64,000 nt of DNA from a virus, in IMG/VR virus record IMGVR_UViG_3300009502_000034, positions 1-64,000 of that record; one strand, 5' to 3'. Below the pieces are notes generated by a model that was given only the letters and a program-made list of their open reading frames with translations, made no database searches and was not told where the DNA came from. Every line of letters begins with the position of its first letter. The first letter of the stretch is position 1. Below, one piece after another: positions 57,789 through 64,000 of the stretch. Position numbers and translations under genes: made by a program.

Positions 57789-59402
57789 ATGTCAGACATT
57801 TCTAATAGCTACGTTGGCCCAGGGGTATATGTAGAATATCAGGACGTTTCTATCCCCGCAGCCCCAAACGGGACGCTGTTCCCGGTGATTATAGGACTTG
57901 GCCAAAAAACCATAACCTACACAGAAACAGTGACCAGGGGCGCCACTACAACCAGCCCTCTTTATGATGTGTTATCTAAGCCAAGCCTATTGTCTGTACA
58001 GAGTGTGGCGTCAAGAGGCACGGTGTATGCGGCCACTACAAATTACACAGTAGATGTTACAAACAATGCTATACTGTGGGTCTCAGGTTCAGCTCCAGCC
58101 GCAGGGACAGATTATAGTGTCACTTACACATACAGAAAGGGTACGGCAGACTATGGTCCGTTTACCACTACTCGCATGGAAGATATAGAAGCACTTTATG
58201 GACAAGCAGTGTTCTCTAGCAATCTATTAACCAGCACGGTATCAGCTGCTACCACAACGTCAATATCTTCTCTTATACCAGCGACCGTGTCAGCAAATCA
58301 ATATGCCGGAAACTATCTTCAGATTAAATCCGGAACGGGTGTCGGGCAAGAAAGACTAATTATCTCACACGCCGCAACTACTGTGACCTCCAACCCTGTT
58401 GTGTTTGTCGTTGAATCATTAATAGCAACCCCAACCAGCGGCGACGTCATAGCGGTAAATGATATATCAACCAATACCCTTTCTATAGGCGCTAAACTGG
58501 CCATTCAGTCTGGTGCGGGTTATGTGACTGTTGTGCAGGCAACAGACGACATCACTGGTTCAGATTCTCAGGGGACAGGGTGGGAAGGCGCAATATACTC
58601 ACTTAGAAATATTGAGTGTTATGCCATTACACTTATGAAAGGCATGACCGGCGATTCAAATTCGGCGCTCATTAATTATCTCAAAAATCACGTGCTTTCT
58701 ATGTCTTCTCTACTTGAGAAGAAGTTTAGGATAGCGCTGATAGGGGCTCCCGTAAACACTGTTATACCGGCCACATACTCAGCAACAGCAGCTCTTCTTA
58801 ACAGCAATAGGATAGCTTTAATGTGCCCATCAACCATGACACTTACCTTGAACAACGTGTCTAAGACTGTTGATGGCAGCTTCCTTGCGGCTTGCGTGGC
58901 AGGCATAGTTTGTAACCCCAATTATACTTGGGCTGAGCCAATTTCTGGAAAGTCAATAACGCCTTTTGATGATATTGCAAACCCATTTATTGTGGCAGAA
59001 CAAAACACCATTGGCGGTTCTGGCGTTATGCTGATAGAGAAAAAGAATCCAGGAGATTTCAGGATTCGTCACGCTCTTACCACAGATCCCAAAAACCCAA
59101 TTACTCAGGAGCTTAAGGTTACCAAGATTCAGGACGCTCTGTCTAAGTATCTAATAGCCAGCCTAGAATCAACATTTATCAACACCAAGAATGTTGGGAC
59201 AGACACCATATCCAATGTTAAGGCATTCCTTAAAACATTGCTTACCGGCGTCATGGCGCCACCTCGTCAGGATATTACAGGGTTCACTGACCCAAGCGTT
59301 GTTCCAAGCGCCCTTGACCCTAGACAAATTAATGTGTCATTTATGATTCAACCGTCTTGGGATGTTAACTGGATTAAGGTAACGTTCGGGGCTTCTATAT
59401 AA
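57789..59402 (+). CDS. tail sheath protein
   Basis: YVGPGVYVE N-terminus; RIRHALTTD; C-terminal QP...NWIKVTF. Confidence 0.9.
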   Translation: MSDISNSYVGPGVYVEYQDVSIPAAPNGTLFPVIIGLGQKTITYTETVTRGATTTSPLYDVLSKPSLLSVQSVASRGTVYAATTNYTVDVTNNAILWVSGSAPAAGTDYSVTYTYRKGTADYGPFTTTRMEDIEALYGQAVFSSNLLTSTVSAATTTSISSLIPATVSANQYAGNYLQIKSGTGVGQERLIISHAATTVTSNPVVFVVESLIATPTSGDVIAVNDISTNTLSIGAKLAIQSGAGYVTVVQATDDITGSDSQGTGWEGAIYSLRNIECYAITLMKGMTGDSNSALINYLKNHVLSMSSLLEKKFRIALIGAPVNTVIPATYSATAALLNSNRIALMCPSTMTLTLNNVSKTVDGSFLAACVAGIVCNPNYTWAEPISGKSITPFDDIANPFIVAEQNTIGGSGVMLIEKKNPGDFRIRHALTTDPKNPITQELKVTKIQDALSKYLIASLESTFINTKNVGTDTISNVKAFLKTLLTGVMAPPRQDITGFTDPSVVPSALDPRQINVSFMIQPSWDVNWIKVTFGASI

Positions 59403-59416
59403 ATTAATGTGTGATA

Positions 59417-59436
59417 GGGGCTCTAATAAGAGCCCC
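59417..59436 (+). other. hairpin with TAATAA loop between sheath and tube genes
   Basis: GGGGCTC-TAATAA-GAGCCCC. Confidence 0.6.
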
Positions 59437-59459
59437 GCACCACTCAGGAGGAAACAAAT

Positions 59460-59996
59460 ATGGTACTTCAAATTCCAGCAACAAAATTACGTTTACAGCC
59501 CTACATAAACTGTAAAGCTGCGGCTTACGATGGGGGTCAGGGCTTACCAGATTTTTCCAACCCCAATTTTAAGATGAATAACGTATTTGCGGTGCAAAAG
59601 GTATCTTTGAAAAATGAGAGACCTGGGCACTTTTGGCGTGAACTCGGTATAGAAAGATACCGGGGTGCTGCACCAAGACCGATAGTTGAAACCTATCCTG
59701 GCCTTCCCACATATGAATTGACGTTAGAGCGTGTTGTTCTATATGAGGGAAACTTGATAGAGGCTCTTGGTTTTGGAGAAGGCGGGCATGATGTGTTTTA
59801 CCAAGATAAGCCGCTCGTGATGGCGTTCGAACTTTATCAGCCGCCAACCACACCAACTGGGGCATCAACTACAACTACGTTTATGTACCACGGTGTTTGG
59901 CTTAAATCCAACCCATGGGATTTTGATATTACACAAGACGATCTCAAGATGGTTCAGTCGATAGATATGATAGCAGCTGGCGTAATACAGGCGTAA
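59460..59996 (+). CDS. tail tube protein
   Basis: follows sheath; RELG..ETYPG..LTLERVVLY. Confidence 0.75.
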   Translation: MVLQIPATKLRLQPYINCKAAAYDGGQGLPDFSNPNFKMNNVFAVQKVSLKNERPGHFWRELGIERYRGAAPRPIVETYPGLPTYELTLERVVLYEGNLIEALGFGEGGHDVFYQDKPLVMAFELYQPPTTPTGASTTTTFMYHGVWLKSNPWDFDITQDDLKMVQSIDMIAAGVIQA

Positions 59997-59998
59997 CC

Positions 59999-60652
59999 AT
60001 GGCCAATGATCCGGTAGGAATTCCCGCAACATCTGGTAGGTTAGGTTATTCAGTCACTATTTATGCGATGCCACAACCCGATTATGTCAATGCAATGATC
60101 GGCGCATTTACTGGTGCGGGCGGGCCTGCCATTGCGGCAACAGCGGCCTTAACTGTCGCATCGATGGCCCAAATTAAAGATGGAATAGTTAATCTTAAAC
60201 TCGGCGCAGCAAGAAAGTTTTCTAGAGATCAGACCATGACAACCTATAGGAGATATTCTATAGGTAAAAATTCCCAACAGCCGTTCCAAATAGTACCGCA
60301 AGTCATAACCACAAAGTTAACATTAGAAAGGGTTGTGCTTTATAAAAAGGACATGTTGTATAGGGTTTTTGGGTTTAATGGGGAAACTCTAGGACAGCAG
60401 CAAATTCCGATGATGTTGGTCGAGTATAAAGATTCTCCAAATGGGAATTTGGATGAAACAGCCTTGATTACCTATTTAGATTGCTGGTGCGTTACAAATC
60501 CAGTAGCATATGATGCAGGGGCGGAAGACCAACTAATTGTCCAAAACATAGACGTGGAATGCGGAAGGGTAATAGTGAGCGACCTTTCATTAAGTGGAGC
60601 AGTAGACACATTTAATACAATAACCAATTTAGCTAATAACATCAAACTATAG
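59999..60652 (+). CDS. second tail tube-like protein
   Basis: shares LTLERVVLY..GF and Y..CW with the preceding gene. Confidence 0.7.
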   Translation: MANDPVGIPATSGRLGYSVTIYAMPQPDYVNAMIGAFTGAGGPAIAATAALTVASMAQIKDGIVNLKLGAARKFSRDQTMTTYRRYSIGKNSQQPFQIVPQVITTKLTLERVVLYKKDMLYRVFGFNGETLGQQQIPMMLVEYKDSPNGNLDETALITYLDCWCVTNPVAYDAGAEDQLIVQNIDVECGRVIVSDLSLSGAVDTFNTITNLANNIKL

Positions 60653-60675
60653 AACCCGACTTTTAAGGAGGTCAC

Positions 60676-61206
60676 ATGAAAGAAATAGACGAGAAGACGT
60701 TTGCAGCAGGAACAGTTGCCACAGCGCAGCCCACACCGACAGCCCCAACAGCAGCACCTAGTATACCAACAGCGGTCCCAGCTCCGGAGGCAGAAACAAG
60801 TGTTCTTTCTCCAGACATTAAAATCAAAAGTGACAGTGGAACATTTATAGTTAACATAGAACAATTTGTAAAGTTTGGGTCAGTTTCTAAAAACTTTAAG
60901 GTTGGGCCAATGACTGTGGTAATGCGTTCTCTTCCTTCTGATCAAAAAGACATGGCACTTAGTTTGATAACCACAAGCCCAGAAGAGACCGTTGTCGCAT
61001 ATTTGAGAAAAATAAGATACCCTCTTTTGGCGTATGCAATATCTAAAATAGACGCTTTGGAATTCACTGACGCACATAGACAGGCTTTATTTGAATATTT
61101 AAAAACAGCACAAGGGGCTTTAATAGACAGGCTTTGGGCTGAGTACGAAAAAATAGATACCGAACAAAATGAATTTATGTTGAATGAAGACTTAAAAAAA
61201 AACTAA
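60676..61206 (+). CDS. tail assembly chaperone
   Basis: between tube and tape measure; ends at a slippery site. Confidence 0.75.
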   Translation: MKEIDEKTFAAGTVATAQPTPTAPTAAPSIPTAVPAPEAETSVLSPDIKIKSDSGTFIVNIEQFVKFGSVSKNFKVGPMTVVMRSLPSDQKDMALSLITTSPEETVVAYLRKIRYPLLAYAISKIDALEFTDAHRQALFEYLKTAQGALIDRLWAEYEKIDTEQNEFMLNEDLKKN

Positions 61207-61451
61207 TTGAACATCCAGTAAGCCAGTTTTATTGGGCTATTCTTAAGCACGCTAATGTGCTTCCCTCAAATCCAGACTTTCGTAAACTGGAGCCCGCACA
61301 AGCTTATTGGTATTACTATAATATAGCAAATGATTCAGAAATGAGAGAAAAAGCAATCAATGGTTCAGGCAAGAGTACTCTATTAGATTCTAATTCATCA
61401 ACGAGTGAGTTTATCAAAGCAGTTAAACAAACAATGGGAGATAAACAATAG
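60676..61451 (+). CDS. tail assembly chaperone, -1 frameshift extended form
   Basis: TTA AAA AAA AAC TAA at 61192-61206; the -1 frame is open to 61451. Confidence 0.75.
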
Positions 61452-63433
61452 TGGTTGATCAAGTAAATCCATATGCCTCAAAAACCGTAGCTAAAGATTC
61501 TCCTCAAAAAGAAGTAACAACTCGCAACGCACCATCATTTGTGCAATCACTAAACTCGTCCAAAATTTCCAGTGATGCGGCAGCCATGGCAAAAGTTGCT
61601 GATGTGTTATCAAGGCTTTCAACAGAAAGCGGTAAACTGTCAAACGTCATGGGGAAGCTAACCAATTATGACTTAATTCATCTTGGCGAAGGCATTGACA
61701 ATGTAGGAAATTCTGTATCCGATTTTGAAAAGTTAAGCGCAGCATCCAGAGCAGCTATGTTGAATGGCCTTCAGAAGGCCTCCGGCATAGAGTCTAAAAA
61801 CATATTAGACCACTTAGTAAAAATTAAGAAGTTGGTGGATACACAATCTGCTCTTAACGTCGCATATGATAAGCTAGGATTTAAGCAAAATTTTGAGATA
61901 TCTAGGATGGAAGAAGAAATAAAATTAATAGACAAGATAAAGGATGACGCTACAGCAGAAGAACGGATACTACTGAGAATAGCAAAATCTAAATTAAAAT
62001 CAGCAAAGGATGAGGAAGAAGCTCGTAAAAAGGCTGCCAAAAGATTGGGTCTGTTGGGTTTAGGAAGTTTTGATTATGGTAAGAATTTGTTAACAAAAGG
62101 CGGTGAATCAGTAAAGGGTGCTATGGGCGGTCTCGGAGAGGCGCTCGGCCCTGCAATAGGGCATCTTGTTGAATCTGCTGGAAAATTCTCCGAGCTTGCC
62201 GGGTATATTGGTATTTTTGCACTCCTTGTTAAAGAAACTTTTAAATCTATAGCCATGTCATCTAAGGCGTCTGCGGCGATGTTTAAGTTCAATGGTGCGC
62301 TTGGAGATACATGGCATAATGCAACTCAATATAACACACTAACATTTGGTTTAGTGGCATCTGGTATGAGTATGGAAGAGGCTGAAAAAAGATTGTCAAT
62401 GGCAACCAAGAGTTATATACAATTAACTGGGCAGTTGCACATGTCGGCGCCGGAAGCAGTTGATGCTACAGAGAATGCTTTGGAAAAACTAAGTTACCAA
62501 GCCACCGCTTTTGGTGAAGACGCCAATCAATATACAGCGTTCGCTATAGAAAACTCCAGACAATTGGGTGTCACCTTATCTCGTATGTCAGAAAAATATG
62601 GGACAGCCATTACCATGCTTAACAACATGGGAATTCAGGTCGGTACCAGTATGGAAGTTATGAAGCAGCTTGGCGAAGAGTTTGAATACACAAGTGTCGG
62701 TTTTGACGAATTAACAGAGGGGACTATTCAGTGGGGCAAAGCGCTTAAGGATTTTTCTAAAGATTTGAACACCCCAATTGGCCAAAAAATGAGAGGTCTT
62801 CTCCCGCAACTTTTAGGAGCCGGTATGCAGGCGTTTTCTAAAATTTCTGCGGAAGAGTACCTTGCATATAGAAACACGCCTGTAGCCAACATAGGTACAG
62901 AATGGACTGAGGCTGTCAACGCCGGCCCCATAGCCAAAGTGTCAGCGTTTTTGGCTAGGATGTCCCCAGAAATTAATAAGTATGGCAAAACAGAGGCTGA
63001 GGGGCGCTTAGGTATGTATATGACCACACTTCTGAAGCTTCCTCCAGCGATGGCAACGATGCTGGCCCCACTGTTAAGGGAGGCTACAAGTACACCAGAA
63101 AAGAGGGCTAAATTTTTAAAGATGAATGATGATGAGCGTAAAAGGTATTTGCAGGCATCTGCAGGTGATGATGCACAAAGACAAGCCTTAGAGGGAATGG
63201 GAAGTGCAATGCAGAAGTTTAATGACCCAATGCAATATATCATTCAACTCCTAGAAGGTGGTTTCCAAGCATTAGAGGTATTCTTTGGCGCTGCGCTTAG
63301 ATTTATCGGCCAGGGTCAGCTTGTTTCTAAGATGGAGGCAGGTCTTAAACATGGGGAAACTAGCACAAAGAATAACGTTTACACGCAGTCAGGTTTACAA
63401 AAAATAGCAGGGCATAGTACCAGTAAAATATAA
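61451..63433 (+). CDS. tape measure protein
   Basis: helical Ala/Gly/Leu-rich protein directly after the chaperone pair. Confidence 0.75.
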   Translation: MVDQVNPYASKTVAKDSPQKEVTTRNAPSFVQSLNSSKISSDAAAMAKVADVLSRLSTESGKLSNVMGKLTNYDLIHLGEGIDNVGNSVSDFEKLSAASRAAMLNGLQKASGIESKNILDHLVKIKKLVDTQSALNVAYDKLGFKQNFEISRMEEEIKLIDKIKDDATAEERILLRIAKSKLKSAKDEEEARKKAAKRLGLLGLGSFDYGKNLLTKGGESVKGAMGGLGEALGPAIGHLVESAGKFSELAGYIGIFALLVKETFKSIAMSSKASAAMFKFNGALGDTWHNATQYNTLTFGLVASGMSMEEAEKRLSMATKSYIQLTGQLHMSAPEAVDATENALEKLSYQATAFGEDANQYTAFAIENSRQLGVTLSRMSEKYGTAITMLNNMGIQVGTSMEVMKQLGEEFEYTSVGFDELTEGTIQWGKALKDFSKDLNTPIGQKMRGLLPQLLGAGMQAFSKISAEEYLAYRNTPVANIGTEWTEAVNAGPIAKVSAFLARMSPEINKYGKTEAEGRLGMYMTTLLKLPPAMATMLAPLLREATSTPEKRAKFLKMNDDERKRYLQASAGDDAQRQALEGMGSAMQKFNDPMQYIIQLLEGGFQALEVFFGAALRFIGQGQLVSKMEAGLKHGETSTKNNVYTQSGLQKIAGHSTSKI

Positions 63434-63445
63434 GGAGTATTTTAA

Positions 63446-64000
63446 ATGGGTCTGTATACACTGAGAGATAGAACAGTTAGACTTTACACATATCAAGAGG
63501 TACAGAACAATGGGCAAAAGGAATCTGATGCCGCTTCTGCCAACAGGTCTCTTTTATTCCACGCAATTAAGAATTTTTTTCCAGCCCTATCAACAGCTAA
63601 TTCGTTGGCTTCCGATGCTCCTGCCGGGGCCATTTTGTTTAAGGAAGTCAGCAGTATAAGCTTTGATTTTACAATAGGCGTAGGTGTAGACAAGGGTATT
63701 TCTAGGTCATTCTTGCAACCATGGTATATGGAACCGGCAAAGATATCGTTGAGTGGCGCAAGTTATATAGGTGCGTTTGAAGATATTTCTAATCCAGATA
63801 CCGATGTAGAAGATACGTATAATTTAATTTTGCAACACTTTGCCGAGATAAAGGGACACAAGAAAAAGATGACGATGGATATAGCCAATAATCCAAAATA
63901 TGCGACCAAGTTTAATGGTTATATTACGGCTTTTAATTTTGCAGAGAGCAAGGACAATCCGTACATTTTGAAATATAGTATTACGTTTACTGGTAAGCCG
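63446..64000 (+). CDS. baseplate hub / tube-initiator-like protein (truncated by window end)
   Basis: AAGGAG+ATG; open to the end; FNGYITAFNFAESKDNPYILKYSITFT. Confidence 0.6.
   Translation, partial: MGLYTLRDRTVRLYTYQEVQNNGQKESDAASANRSLLFHAIKNFFPALSTANSLASDAPAGAILFKEVSSISFDFTIGVGVDKGISRSFLQPWYMEPAKISLSGASYIGAFEDISNPDTDVEDTYNLILQHFAEIKGHKKKMTMDIANNPKYATKFNGYITAFNFAESKDNPYILKYSITFTGKP

Noticed and set aside
308-63693. Minus-strand ORFs in the supplied track
   Set aside because: All are shadows of + strand genes with better RBS and motifs; none has a recognisable domain.
1-64000. Stop-codon reassignment
   Set aside because: TAA, TAG and TGA all end genes right before the next RBS or start, long genes are intact in code 11, and no suppressor tRNA was seen.

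Overview
This window is a 64-kb segment of a large, AT-rich, contractile-tailed (myovirus-like) bacteriophage. It uses genetic code 11 and essentially all real genes lie on the + strand. Bases 1-21,000 are an accessory region. It holds short hypothetical genes, two deaminases, a DEDD exonuclease, a DenV-like glycosylase, an SPFH protein, a GNAT, a receiver-domain protein, an HNH-AP2 protein and a TPR glycosyltransferase. It also has an RNA cluster: a tRNA split in its anticodon loop by an HNH relic plus a nested tRNA-Gln, tRNA-Asn, tmRNA, and two candidate structured RNAs. Bases 21,000-64,000 are the virion module: intein-containing portal, intein-containing prohead protease/scaffold, major capsid protein split by a group I intron encoding a LAGLIDADG endonuclease, neck proteins, sheath, two tube paralogs, a frameshifted tail chaperone and tape measure. 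The most striking element sits inside this module: a radical SAM/SPASM enzyme translationally coupled to a leaderless 426-aa protein of 51 octapeptide units, 50 of which carry C-x-x-x-D, the motif cross-linked by the ranthipeptide maturase PapB. This suggests a phage-encoded, massively thioether-stapled protein. The module also contains an intein-bearing DNA ligase fused to a LigD-like primase-polymerase domain and a large protein with an mCpol-like nucleotide cyclase domain. A phage-specific promoter-like motif recurs four times. All assignments come from motif recognition by eye; no database searches were run.
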